Origin: Octopus sinensis
Lineage: Eukaryota
Assembly: GCF_006345805.1 (NCBI RefSeq)
Contig: NC_042997.1
Coordinates: forward strand, 177,072,001 to 177,136,000
DNA length: 64,000 nt
Reading direction: 5' to 3'
This document shows, piece by piece, positions 38,401 through 52,331 of the stretch (positions are counted from its first letter, which is position 1; the number at the start of each line of letters is the position of its first letter). The translations under genes and the position numbers were made by a program. Below the pieces are notes generated by a model, which worked only from the letters and a program-made list of their open reading frames with translations, was not told the DNA's origin and ran no database searches.

Positions 38401-41400
38401 TCCTGTTGATTACATCCAGTACATGCTTTGCTTTCAATTGAGACCGCTATAAGACAAGGCAATACAAGCAAAAAGAAGGAACCGTCCCCACAAGATTATA
38501 ACTGCATACATCTGGTATATATTTTATACTTTTCTAAGCGATAAGGCAGCCTTAGAAAATAAACAGCACCCGACTTAATACTATCAAACTCCGCCGTCAG
38601 TTTTGTTTCTTGTTTAGTAAAAATATTTCATTTTAATTATTTGTTATGCGTCTGCACATTTATATAAAGAGAAGACAGGATCCATCAAAATTCTAGTAAC
38701 ATATTGGCACCAAACGCTTTGCTATGAGAGATTCCAGACCAAAGCTATTCTATAGAAAACACTTCACCCACCACGTTATTTATGTTTACCCTGATGGCAT
38801 TGATGAAAATGGTCGTTGATTCACCGGCGATCTCAGTTATCGGGTTCAAACAGTTATATTTCGAGCAGTAACGTGTATTAAACTGACTTGCAACTCTCAG
38901 CCTTCGTCGCAGCACGTGGTGGGTGGTGGTTCAACCTCCGAGATGTTGTATCTTGTAGAAGTTTTCGTAGCATTTGTGAGTTCCAGATCGACGGCCAACT
39001 CGGCACATTTGTAAAATAAACGATCACATGTACGTGTTTGTCATTACCGGTCTAATCCAGTTGGCTCCGTTCAACTTGCTACCCCCTGAGACCATTACAT
39101 AATTATTTAATAATTATACTGTTTATTTCATAATGGATAGCATCTGAAACTGTGTGACACCTAGCCTATATTTATCATTTGGCACACGCTTGAGCTCACG
39201 TGAAGAACTACAACAATTCGGAGGGTATCCTACTCCACCTTGCTATCAATGTAGGACAGTCGGAGGCAATTGAATCAGGAATAACTCTCTCACTCACGTA
39301 CATCTGCTAATCGAACAAGATCTTTTGGTTTTGAGCGTCTACCGGCACACACCGCATATATCACAACAGCTGTTTCACTCCAACTTGAGTCATCAGTTTC
39401 CCCAAGCAAGCAGTATACGCTCCACAGATAAGGAGGATCCTATACTACTATAAACGATCCTCCCATCTATTGCTACTACAGCAGCAGATGGCCAGACTTC
39501 TGTTTCTCATTCCCCACCCTCTAGTCTTATTGGTTCGTTCCTCTGTAATCAGCTGGTATCGTAGATGCTGGTACTTGATATATGTCGGCTAGCATCATCG
39601 TTATAAGATGATTTATGAATGTAAGGCAATCATTATCACGGTATGTTGTTGTTGCTGTTTTTCTTGACCGAGTGCATACATAAATTTCAATGATTCAACG
39701 ATTCTATAATTATTCAGTTACGTCTAAAATACGTAAAATTCTGTTAATTACAAGGCATGTTAGATAATATAATTAATTAATTAGATTTGACATGTTACTG
39801 CACATTTAATGGAGAATGAGAAATGATGTCGCTCATGAATTATTGAAACACCTGCTTCTCAAATGTGTTGTTATCCGTTAACATTTATCAGTTTCCTATG
39901 GATTCTGCTGCTTCAAGATGGCAGGGTACTCTACGTGGTCACTCGGACTACTAGAAATGATAGCACAAACTCTCCTCATGTTACTCCCTGCAGTCTAAAA
40001 GATAACGGATACATTGGGCAGTCTAGTCTTTCATATGCGATAAGACATAATGGTCACGGCTGAAACGCCTTTAATGACACATCTGCTTGATCAGGCTAAT
40101 GGGAGACAAAAACAACAACAACAACAACAAGAGCAGTTATGTAATGAAGAAAAAAGAGGAATGATAGAAATTTCTGAGAGCAGAAATGGAAACACGGTTT
40201 ACAACCCAGACATCCTCAGCTGCGCGTCATTTTTTACAGTCAAAGAGATTTCAGTCAGAGTGTTTAAGGCTATGTAGGAAATGACTCATTGTCTGATGGG
40301 TCCTTTTCTTATTTAAAGTGGTATAATGTGATATGAGGGATATTTGGTTATTATTTCAGGAAGGATGTACAACCAGGAAGATTCCCCTGTGTCGACTCCT
40401 TTCTTAGTTCATTTGTAACCATTTCTAAAGAAATTACGGTGATGTACTGCAGGATTAGCAGTGACGTTGCCGGAGGAGATAAAACCCAGTTGATTCAATA
40501 TCACTCTGGAGATATGCCCAAACCTCTGGTTTATGAGAAACAATTGTTTGAGAAATCCTTTATGTTTTTATTGGACATTAATTTTAAAATATATTAAATT
40601 TAAAATTACATGGAAATTAAACATAAAATGGTAAAAAAAAATAGTTACTGATTTATAGACTCATTGTTCTTGGCAGAATATAATTATTGGAACTGAAGAA
40701 TTATGGATTACATAGTTACAAACACTGTCCAATAAAGTACAACTTTTTAAAGTCCTTGACAGTGGACATTAATTTCAAAAGGACTGAAGCGAAGAAAAAT
40801 TCAAACGGAAGAAATACAGTAGAATCGAAAATAATTAAATGAGGGAAGAGACGAATGTGCCAATATTAGCAAATGATTTAATTAAATTTAATCAAATTTA
40901 ATCAAATAAATACATAAAGGTGTCTTTATTCTTTTCACCAACGAGAAAAAAGGATTCTAACTGAACGATTCTCTCCCTTGCTATTGAGGCGAATAACCAA
41001 CCAATCAACTGAGTGATTATTTTGATATATTTATATTTATGTTTGTGTTTTTCTTAATTTTAATTCGTTCATTCTTTACTCATTTATTTCCATAACTTTA
41101 TTATAGTTTTAGATATTTTTATGTAACTCTGTCCATCCCCACAAGTTTTAGTAAACTCTGTGAATGAATGTCGCTAAAGTATTGGCTAGAATGCATTATT
41201 TGTTTATTGTAAAATTTTACGTTCTGAGTTCAAACCATGCTGAGATCGACTTCCCTGTTATCACTTCGAGTTCGATAATAAAAAATAGGACCCGAGTAGA
41301 GCGGAGGACTGGTAGAATAGTTAGAGCGTCAGAAGAAAAGAGAATGGAAACATAGTTCCGTTGGTTCGATTGTCAGAAGATCGACTGCTGCCATCACAAC

Positions 41401-41463
41401 CACCATGTTTAAAGTTCATTCTTTTCTTTTGTATGTTTCGAGCACTTGTGACTAATAAGGAGA

Positions 41464-41552
41464 TTCTTCTTCTTCTTCTTCTTCTTCTTCTTCTTCTTCT
41501 TCTTCTTCTTCTTCTTCTTCTTCTTCTTCTTCTTCTTCTTCTTCTTCTTCTT

Positions 41553-41583
<31 letters not shown>

Positions 41584-41610
41584 TTATTATTATTATTATT
41601 ATTATTGTTG
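41464..41610. repeat. (TTC)n about 39 units followed by (ATT)n
   Basis: Direct reading. Confidence 0.97.
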
Positions 41611-42059
41611 TTATTTGAAGCGTCGAGCTGGTAGAATCGTTTGCACGCCGGGTAACATGCATAGCAACATTTCGTCCTTCTTTACGTACTGAGTTCACAT
41701 TCCACCAAGGTCGACTTTTTCTTTTATCCTTTTGTGATCTATAAAATAATTACTAGTTAAGCATTTGATCGATATAGTCAACTAGTCCACGCCCACAAAA
41801 TTTTAGGGCTTGTGCCTATATCACAAAAGATTTTATTACTGTAATAATTTTGTTGGCATTGCTTGCTTTCATTGCAATATCAGGAATAAATCTGCAAGCC
41901 TTGAGTACGAGCAGTGTTTTGCTTTGGTGTTTGTATTTTTACATTGTATTGAAAATACTCCACGTTATGCGTACAAACTCTAATAATTCTTGTTTACCGA
42001 GAGTTCTTTTCTAGAGTTCTTTACTGAGAGATGTATATGCAGTGTTTAACCATTCTGTT

Positions 42060-42440
42060 TTCAATAGGTCTCCTTGGATTTTGGCATGTATTCATCAGTA
42101 TAGTTTGTTAAATAATAATTTCCAAAGCATCTATTATCATAGAGATTTGTTTCTGCTTTCGATTCCACCATTCTAGTTATCTCTATTTGCAAGTCTTTAT
42201 ACGTTCGGATAGATTTTCTATTCTTTTTAAGTATGTATATTGTTGTCCGTTGCTTACAGTTGATGCATCGATAAAGAGACATTTCTTTCCTTGATAGTAT
42301 TAGACAACAATATATTATTGCCGATTAATCTCTGTGCGTAGACTGACATATCCTACAGCAAATGACCATTTTGTAATATCCTGTGATCCTTTCCAGTATG
42401 TACACCATTATCTCCTATGAGTATTTCATAATAGTTGTCT
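42060..42440 (-). mobile_element. Old Dong-like LINE C-terminal remnant
   Basis: TYKDLQIEITRM matches KYKDLEIEVTRM. KKCLFID-like sequence lies upstream. Confidence 0.6.
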
Positions 42441-42508
42441 AATTTGAATTGTGTGGTTGTGTTATTGTATGAAATGTCCAACCATAACAGTTTGATACAT
42501 ACACACAC

Positions 42509-42605
<97 letters not shown>

Positions 42606-42649
42606 TATATATATGTATGTATGTATTTATGTATATATATATATATATA

Positions 42650-42750
<101 letters not shown>

Positions 42751-43123
42751 CAGAGAGAGAAAGGGCAGAGAGATGTATGTATATATATCTAAAGATATAC
42801 GTACATACATATGTGTGTGTGTGTATACAATCTTCTCTGGTATACTTGGCAGCCGCAACAATGTGATTGATTAGTTTTTTTTTCCACAAAAGCAAACTTA
42901 GCCATTCGATAAACAAAGATCGATAAAATATTATCAGACAAAATACTGGGGTCGATATAATCGACAAAAATCTACGAAGACTTTTACTAGTATTGCCACT
43001 GACCAAAGAGACCACAAAAGGACATTGTTAAAACGAATGCTATTTGCTGAATATATATAAGTATGATCTGCAAAATACTTTTTTTCGAATGTTATATCAT
43101 CCATAATATTACATGAATGATAA

Positions 43124-43690
43124 GACGGTGAGCTGGCAGAAACGTTAGCACGCTGGGCGAAATACTTAGCGGTATTTCGTCTGCCGCTACGCTCTGAGTT
43201 CAAATTCCGCCGAGGTCGACTTTGCCTATCAACCTTTCGGGATCGATTAAATAAGTACCAGTTACGCACTGGGGTCGATGTAATCGACTTAATACCTATG
43301 TCTGTCCTTGTTTGTCCCCTCTATGTTTAGCCTCTTGTGGGTAATAAAGAAATAGGTATTTCGTCTGCCGCTACATTCTGAGTTCAAATTCCGCCGAGGT
43401 CGACTTTGCTTTTCATCCTTTCGGGGTCGATTAAATAAGTACCAGCTACGCAGTGGGTTCGATATAATCGACTTAATCCGTTTGTCTGTCCTTGTTCGTC
43501 CCTTCTGTGTTTAGTCCCTTGTGGGTAGTAAAAGAATAGAAATAGTTATTTCGTCTTTACATTGGAGTTCAAATTCCGCCGAGGTCGATTTTTACATTTC
43601 ATCCTTTAGAAGTCGATAAATTAAGTACCATTTGCGTACTGGGGTCTATCTAATCGTCTCTCCTCCTCCCCCAAAATTTCGGACCTTGTT
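43124..43690 (+). mobile_element. Array of three SINE-A copies (one full, two head-truncated)
   Basis: Junctions AGAAATAGGTATTTCGTC (43348-43366) and AGAAATAGTTATTTCGTC (~43538-43555). Confidence 0.9.
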
Positions 43691-44518
43691 CCTAGAGTAG
43701 AAAAGAATATTTTATCATCGATTACTGCATATCCACTGGACTGTCTGTGTATCTGACCACTGGTATACTATATTTAAATTATTTTCTTCTTGATATTTAT
43801 TAAATGTCATTGCAAATGCGAGAAGCAGTCGATGATATTTCATGAAGGTAGGATTCGTATGTCCGCGCAAAATCGTATTATATTGCCTCGAGTTAATTTA
43901 CGTGATGTGAGTTTATATGTAGTGTGCACCACAAAAATGTTTTCACATATGTTCTTGCGCTTAATGTGGCTGTAGCTAAGTAGAGAACCAAAAGAGTTGG
44001 ACCTGATGGTACGTTAAAAATATTCTTTGAATTAGATGCAGCATAGTGACAGGTTCGATAAACCGGAAGTAGTAACAGAAGTATATGTAAAACAGGCCGT
44101 AATGATTATAGAGTTTTGGAGACAATTGAAAAGAAAGGTGGCTTAGAGTTCGTAGAACAATAATTTTATGCATTTTTTAGAGAGAGGTATAGAGAAAGAG
44201 AGAGAGAGAGAGAAAGGGAGAGAGAGAAAGAGAGAGAGAGAGAAAGGGAGAGAGAGAAAGAGAGAGAGAGAGCACAAGGTAAAAGTAAGGAGTAAGACAC
44301 AGAAATCTACGTTGAGTGTATAAAACGATAGTAGGAGGGTCTAAATGAACATAGGAACAAATAGTAAAGCATTTTTGGAGGACCATACAGAGATGGGAGG
44401 AGGAGGGAAGGATATAAGTGATAAAGGAGTGATAGGATAAATATCTATAGTAGTAATAATAGAAACAATGCCCCATTCCCGAGATAGAAATATAGAAGTT
44501 GTATATCTTGTATATAGT

Positions 44519-44788
44519 GGAGGCACATGGCCTAGTGGTTAGAGCAGCGGACTTGCGGTCGAGGGATCGCGGGTTCGAATCTCTGACCGGGCGATGTGTG
44601 TGTTTATGAGCGAAACCTCTAAGCCCCACGCGGCTCCGGCAGAAGGTAATGGCCAACTTCTGCTGACTCTTTCGCCACAACTTTCTCTCACTCTGCGACA
44701 GACCGGCTTCCCGTCCAGGTGGGGAACCTATACGCCAAGGAAACCGGCTCTTATGAGCCAGACGTGGCTCGAGAAGGAACAAACAAAC
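44519..44788 (+). mobile_element. SINE group D, tail type 2, full-length
   Basis: tRNA-like head; 11-bp TSD ATATCTTGTAT; (AAAC)n end. Confidence 0.9.
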
Positions 44789-44799
44789 ATATCTTGTAT

Positions 44800-45480
44800 T
44801 TGAGTACAAGCTATATGGTTCAGATGGTTATTATATCGACTGAATTGATAGCAGTCGTAGAAGGATATTGTTATATTTTGTGCCAGTATACGAGAGGAAG
44901 GATAAGCTCTCCTATGTCATAGAAGAGAATGTGTGATGGATATTCACTTGGTGCTTAGTGTCTATAATTGAGGCTCAAATCTTGCAGATACATTCAATTC
45001 GGAACTTCATCAAGAAGATACATTCTGGAGATGTGTTGTATGACTTATGTGTGCAGTGAGTAGAATAACACAAGAGGGTTTAGGGAGTTATTACGTAAAA
45101 GAAGTGAATCTTTAGGGAGGAACATGTGAATGAGAGGTACAGTTTCTAATAAGCCACTGCCCTACTTATGTTTTATATATAGTGTACTCTGTATTATCTG
45201 GCTTTTCACGAAAGTAGTAACAGCATATACAAATGCAGGTCCCAAGGGCTATAGTATTATAGAGGCAGTTGAAATAGTGAAAACTGTATAGAGTCCGTAA
45301 AGTGTTCATTTGATGCATGTATGAAATAACAACTGGGTGTTGAGTGTTGTTCGAGGAATCCACTCTATTTCAAGCATTCAAACCAATTTCTGGTCAGAAA
45401 ACAATTTCTTCGCTCCCTCGTATCGTTTTCAGGAGCGTCATGGAGGATTTTTTGCGTTGGTGTCCTTACTCTGATTGAGC
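44800..45480 (-). mobile_element. Possible highly decayed Penelope-like 3' region
   Basis: Weak resemblance only (HPVVISY, RFTSF..SCVI). Confidence 0.3.
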
Positions 45481-45808
45481 AATGAAAAACCAAATATATT
45501 TAATTGAAAAGCGGAAAAAAAAAGTATTTACATGGTTACGACGTAATCGCGTTAACTTTTATCTCCGTTTTAAAAAGTATATCAGTGTGCTTATATGTAC
45601 GCGTGTGTGCGCACGCGTATGTATACTTATTCTCATAAAAAACGCAATGTATATGAATATATATATATATGTATATGTATATATATGTATATATATATGT
45701 ATGTATATATACAATTATACATATATACATATATATATGTATATATGTATATATATATATATATATACATATATATCTATATCTATATATATATATACAC
45801 ATATATAC

Positions 45809-45853
<45 letters not shown>

Positions 45854-46512
45854 TATGTATATATATATACATATATATATATATTATATTATATAGGTAT
45901 ATACATATATATATATGTATATATATTATATATATATGTATATATGTATGTATAAGCATATATATGTATATATATGCTTATACACACATTTATGCACACA
46001 CACAATCACACACATATGGAGATATATATATACATACATTCGTATACGCTCATAAACGCACACATGTATACACATATACATACATGCATAAATACATTTA
46101 CTCAGACTTACAGGCTTGCCCACACAAACACACGTAAACACGCACACACACAGACATTTTCATACACACGCATAATAGATAACTGATAAGTGTTGTTGTT
46201 GTTTTGTTGTTATTTAACCACAAAATAATATTCTCTTGTTGGCAAAGTGTTATGTTTCTTTGATCCAAATGTTGTTCTGCTACAATGACCCCTGCGTCAA
46301 CAGCAACAACAACCACATTTTACTAAGAAAGCATAATAAACAGAATAAACAAATAAAAGTAGTGAATGAAAAATACATAGAAAAAAGTGAAAATTTTCTG
46401 TTCGTTTTAATCAATTACATTTTATAGAGAATATTCAATCATTTTATAGAAAATACTCAATCATTGCGGATTTCTATGAAGAAAAACACCATTAGATAAC
46501 ACGTTATACTAC

Positions 46513-46543
<31 letters not shown>

Positions 46544-47669
46544 TGTATGTATGTATGTATGTATGTATGTATGTATGTATGTATGTATGTATGTATGTAT
46601 GCATGTACGTATGTATGTATGTATGTAAGTATGTATTTTTGTATTTATATATGCATTTATATTTGCATGTATGAATATTTCTATAAATGTACGTATGTTT
46701 GTATATATATATGTTTGTATTTATATATGCATGTGTATGTATATATATGGATGTACGTATGCATGTATGTATGTTTTATGCATGTTTTGTGTGTATGTTT
46801 GTATGTGTATATATATAGATGCATGTGTGTATATGTGTATGCATTACACATGTGTATATGTATTGTACATGCGTGCATGTACGTATGTTTGTTTGTATGT
46901 ATGTATGTATGTATGCATATATGTATGTATGTATGTATTCATATATGTATGTGTGTTTGTATGTATGCATGTATGTTTGTGTATTTATATATATGTACGC
47001 ACGTATGTATGTGTACATGTAGGTATGCATGTATGTCTGTATGCATGTTTTATTATTAGAAAGATCCAGTTCCAATCCAATATCAAGGCTCTTTCGTTGG
47101 AATTTAGACAACACGAAAGAGATAGTTATGCACGTGTGCTTCTATGTTTACTTGTTTTTAATCAGAGGATATGGCCATGCTGGGGCTCCGCCATTGATAT
47201 GACAAGTATCTTCTATTTCATCGTTAAGATCCTTTTTCCGGGTTTGGTTTGTTTCTGGAGAATTAGTGAGTCGGACAGAGCCACATTCGCTTGCGTTTCA
47301 GGCTGTGATGTGGGTTTATATAGTTTTTCATATAAAGATTTTTCTAAGTGTTCCTTAAATACATTCACATGTATGCTGCGCTGATCTCAGGTTCTTGGTC
47401 GGGTATTTCTTGAATCCGAAGCTGTTAATATATTAGATCCTTATTCTAGATGTAGACAGGGGAACATTTGGTAATACTTAGGAGCGTCCAATTCGTGGTT
47501 GGTATAGTTTCAATCCCAAATTTAGCTGGTAGACTCTCTGTGTATGTATGTATTTATGTATGTATGTATGTATGTATGTATGTATGTATGTATGTATGCA
47601 TGTATGTATGTATATATAAATAAATATATATATATTAGAAGTATTGGGGGCGATGTACAGATTTAATTC

Positions 47670-47762
<93 letters not shown>

Positions 47763-47764
<2 letters not shown>

Positions 47765-48800
47765 CGTTATCCTTTCTATTGTGTAAATTCGAATGGAATA
47801 TATTCCGCTGACATGAAGACAGAAAAGTCTATCTTGCACGTAGCTTCTTTGTGGGCAACCTGAAAATACATGTTTAAAATTGGAAGATATAATGTCACAG
47901 GTAGAAGGCATGTGAAGTATTTGATAATAGTTGGCTAGATTACATGAAGACGATCGATTCTGTTCTGCACTCATCGATGCTAGCATCTTCCGATTTCTTA
48001 TGACCATAAATCATATTCTGAACTATAGGGAACTTGTTCTCACTTTGGATCGTTGTTCTGAAATCAAGTACAAGAAGTCATTGTTCGGGGACTAAGAAGA
48101 CGCTGCTTTGCTTGAGCAAATTTCAAGAACACGGTCTTTGTGGGATGTTTCTACTTGGTGTCACATAATGATGGGACACCTTTTATTTATAATTTCTAAG
48201 ACTGTTGCTATTCATCTATGCTTGTTCCAGTATTAGTTGTGTTTAAAATATGTATGTTCACTACGCGACACTGTACTTACTGTAAAATCGTTATCATTTC
48301 TATTGAAGAAATTCGAATGGAATATATTCTGCTCACAAGAAGACAGAAAAGTTTATCTTGCACGTAGCTTCTTTGTGGGCAACCTGAAAGTACATGGTTA
48401 AAATTTGGAGTGTTATAAAGAAGAAACTTGATATAGTTACAGTTTTCATAGTATACAAGAATGAATTTTGGCTATGATAAATATTGCTATTTGAGTATAA
48501 AACAAGGGTGACATCAAAGCCAGTATAGTAGAATCTCCATCAATGATACTAAATGTTGAAGCAATTATCTTGAGTATTTAGGTGTTTTCTGTCAAATAAA
48601 AAACCTTCAGCTAAGCCACATGTTGCAAATTCGACTGGTAAATAGAACAATGAGATTATGCAAGACTTTTCTAAAGTTTAATGCGTGACTCATTGATGTT
48701 GCTGATGATCAATTCTCTATTATGAGGCTTCGTTTAATGATTAACAATCTGTTTCTTCTTTATGGGAACAACTCGAAGAATAAAAAGAGCACGTACATTA
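47763..48800 (+). mobile_element. Decayed RLE LINE family 2 remnant with an internal ~120-bp duplication
   Basis: MLQIRLVNRTMRLCKTFLKFNA* at ~48620-48690 matches the family 2 C-terminus. The upstream part is uncertain. Confidence 0.45.
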
Positions 48801-49115
48801 TGCATATACATGCACAATGTAAAAGGAAAAATGAGGAAAAGGAAGCTATTTGAATGGCTGTAGATATAGATAAAGCAAATAGGAAAGAAAGAAATATGGA
48901 AAATAGAAATATGGATATGAATAACTGAATAGATATCCAGACATACGGGCATGCATAGAATTAAATGCAAAGATCTGTAACAGATAGCTAGTTCTGTAAA
49001 AGAGAGATAGATGTACATAACGATAAAATTGTAATGATGAATATATACATTGATAAATATATCTAGTTAGATGTGTAAATGATATATATATATTATTATT
49101 ACAATTCTATCGTTG

Positions 49116-49168
<53 letters not shown>

Positions 49169-50103
49169 GTGTGCCTGTGTGTGTGTCTCAGGTGTGAGAG
49201 AGACAGATGCATTTATAAATTAATAGAAAGATGCGGATGCTGGGGAATTAAAATATAAAAGGAAGTAGAGGAAAATTCGATCAATTACTGTTAGGTTATG
49301 TAAATTTTACACCTCTCTTAATTAAGTAACTGAAAATAAATTGAACTAAAGTTAATAACCGACCGGGTTTTCATATAAAATTTCCAATTCTGTGAAAAAA
49401 TGCAACAACTCAGGAGCGAATTTATGGCTAGCCAGCAATGAAGTGACTACCATTATTATCTCATAAATCTGTCACCATAATAAATTTTCCGCTGAGTATA
49501 AAATAGCTGAACAAATATGATGTCTGCTCGTTTATAAATGTATGCTTACACATACAGGCACACAAATAACATATATATATATATATATATACTTTACATT
49601 TAATTGGGTGCAGTCATTGAGCTGCACATACTCTGCGTGACTAGCGTGTGTTTTCGTATTTATTCTATCGTACTGTACAAAAATGTTTAACACCTCAGTT
49701 TGAATTTATCTCTGACTAGTCCCACGCTTTCTCAAGTCCTTCGGTTTGCTAAAAAAATCGAGCGTCTCACCATGAGTGGGCAATGTAAGTATATAGCATA
49801 TATATTCAAAATAAGTTTTAATTACAATTATATTGCGAGTATTATTGATCTGATTATTACTTTCTTATGCTCCAGTCTGACGTAATCCACACCAAAGCAA
49901 TATACTACCACGCTCTACCTCTACCCATTCTACCTAGTTTTTACTCATGTCGGTAACACTGGTATTGACTCTAATGTAGGTGTAATAACTAGAATTGCTA
50001 ACTCAAACCTGAATGCAGTTCTATATTTAAGAGATGAGGAATTATATACATCATTTACATTATTTATATTCGACGGGTATTTGTCCTCATCTTGTTTGCT
50101 GTT

Positions 50104-50150
50104 AATACAACATTTCGGTTGATATATCCTTCCAGCCTTCTTCAGGTGTC
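50104..50150 (-). ncRNA. Minimal type I hammerhead ribozyme motif (slightly decayed)
   Basis: GACAC-CUGAAGA-A-GGCUG(loop)CAACC-GAAA-UG-UU-GUAUU. Confidence 0.6.
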
Positions 50151-50245
50151 TTGGGGAAATTTTGAATCTGGGTTCTCATTCCTAATGAGAAAGAGAACCC
50201 AGGTTGGAAATTAGGAATGAGAACCCAGGTTCGAAATTTCCCCAA

Positions 50246-50541
50246 GACACCTGAAGAAGGCTGGAGGGTATATCAGGTATATAAGGCGGCGAGCTGACAG
50301 AAACATTAGCACACCGGGCGAAATGCTTAGCGGTATTTCGTCTGCCGCTACGTTCAGAGTTCAAATTCCGCCGAGGTCGTCTTTGCATTTCATCCTTTCG
50401 GGGTTGATTAAATAAGTACCAGTTATGGCACTGGGGTCGATATAATCGACTTAATCCGTTTGTCTGTCCTTGTTTGTCCTCTCTGTGTTTAGCCCCTTGT
50501 GGGTAGTAAAGAAATAGGTATATCAGCTGAAACGTTGTGTT
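50246..50541 (+). ncRNA. Minimal type I hammerhead motif split by a SINE in loop II
   Basis: Removing the SINE and one TSD gives GACAC-CUGAAGA-A-GGCUG-gagggtatat-CAGCU-GAAA-CG-UU-GUGUU. Helix I is GACAC/GUGUU and helix III is the ACGU palindrome. Confidence 0.65.
50285..50516 (+). mobile_element. SINE-A, full-length
   Basis: 10-bp TSD GGTATATCAG at 50267-50276 and 50517-50526. Confidence 0.92.
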
Positions 50542-51376
50542 AACAGCAAACAAGATGAGGACAAATTTCCGCCGAATGTAAATAATCAAACCTGAATGTC
50601 TCGTTTAAAGACATTGCAGTCTGCAGTTGCGTACAAGCTACCAAACAAGGCTGAATGAACAAGCCCTGTAGACGCGCGTGTGTGCGCGCGCGCGTATATA
50701 CATGCATGCATACATACATACATACATACATACATACATACATACATACATACATACATACATACATACTTATATACATACACATAAGCATACATACCTA
50801 TGGCGTGTATCAAAGCTGATTGGAAAAACTCCCTACAGAATAAATTGTGAAAAAAATAATTACGATATCAAAGTTCATCGATCAGATGATTCATTATTTC
50901 GGTTTTATAGGTTCATTTATCAATTAAAAGAAGATAGAGCAAAGTGAAGAGATATGTCAGGTAAAGGATAGAATAGGAAATGATGGCATTAGTAGATTGT
51001 CTGTCGAAGGTCTTTGATATCCTCATCGATTTTATATTTGCAGTGAGAAACGTATATCTATGTAAAAAGTATCGTTCATGGTTCCATATATACATTTATT
51101 TATGACCACTTTATAATGGTAGTTTTGTAATTAAATGCGGCCATCAAAATTGGTGGATTATCAGACATTTTTACCCAAGGAATAACTGAAGATCCGCGCA
51201 TGGTATTCTTAAAAACATAGCTAGCGAGATACTCAATCACACACATACACGCGCGCGCATAAATACACACACACGTGTGCATGCACACACAAATACACGC
51301 ACGCACGCACCCACCACACACAGTTGTAATAATGAAGTCAAATCAAATAGAAATATTTTGAAATCATTTAATACGT

Positions 51377-51548
51377 ACGTTTTTTGTCTGTGTAAATATA
51401 TAACAGGAAATGTATGCATTACGTAATGCCTTCCTCAGTTAAAAGGTTTCAAAATTTCAATATTTTGAAATGTTTTAACTGAAGAAGGTCTTACGTGATG
51501 GATGCATTTCCATATATATATATGTTACACAGGCTGAAACGTGTGAAT
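51377..51548. mobile_element. Second fold-back element with divergent hammerhead-like cores
   Basis: ~80-bp arms about 80% complementary. CUGAAGA-A-GGUCU...AGGCU-GAAA-CGU on the plus strand; CUGAGGA-A-GG on the minus strand. Confidence 0.6.
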
Positions 51549-51814
51549 TAAATGATTTCAAAATATCACTATTCAGTTCAACTTCATTACTACCTCCGAT
51601 CCGATTCGATACCAGCTCAACGTACCCAGTCCACACATTCTAACAAGGATTTGGAGTAGTTTGTTATGTTTGATGCGAATCGAAATGCTGGCACTATGCA
51701 CTGCTTCTTAGTATAAGTGTCCCAGCATGGCCACAGCCTTAGGGCTGAAACACATAACAGAATAACTGAATATATATATATATATATCTGTGTGTTTTTG
51801 ATGTACGTATTTTC

Positions 51815-51845
<31 letters not shown>

Positions 51846-52100
51846 CATATATATTTGCATACACGGATGACTACGAAAGCTGCAAAGATGGATGTCAGGT
51901 ACTGTAGGAAGTTCAGGTCTAATGATCTTGTTGGCTTGAGATAGACTTTATATAAGATACACACAGTTACACACACATTTGTAGATACATGCACACACTC
52001 ACATATGTATGTATATGACATACAAGTATTTATTTGCATATATTTACAGTAAGAGAAAGAAGTCAGAGTAGCCAGTGGAATATATTTGGACAAGTATTAA

Positions 52101-52331
52101 GGCGGCGAGCTGGCCGAACCGTTAGCACGCCGGGCGAAATGCGTAGCCGTATTTCGTCTGCCGTTACGTTCTGAGTTCAAATTCCGCCGAGGTCGACTTT
52201 GCCTTTCATCCTTTCGGGGTCGATTAAATAAGTACCAGTTACGCTCTGGGATCGATATACTCGACTTAATCCGTGTGTCTGTCCTTGTTTGTCCTCTCTG
52301 TGTTTAGCCCCTTGTGGGTAGTAAAGAAATA
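52101..52331 (+). mobile_element. SINE-A, full-length
   Basis: ~17-bp TSD TATATTTGGACAAGTAT. Confidence 0.92.

Larger units (their letters stand above)
50063..50585. mobile_element. Fold-back Penelope-derived element with a hammerhead motif in each arm, interrupted by SINE-A
   Basis: Left arm ~50063-50185 is the reverse complement of 50210-50276 plus 50527-50585. Confidence 0.8.

Noticed and set aside
46523-47384. Met/Tyr/Cys-rich ORFs as reflectin-like or structural proteins
   Set aside because: They are translations of (ATGT)n/(TA)n microsatellites in several frames and lack reflectin motifs.
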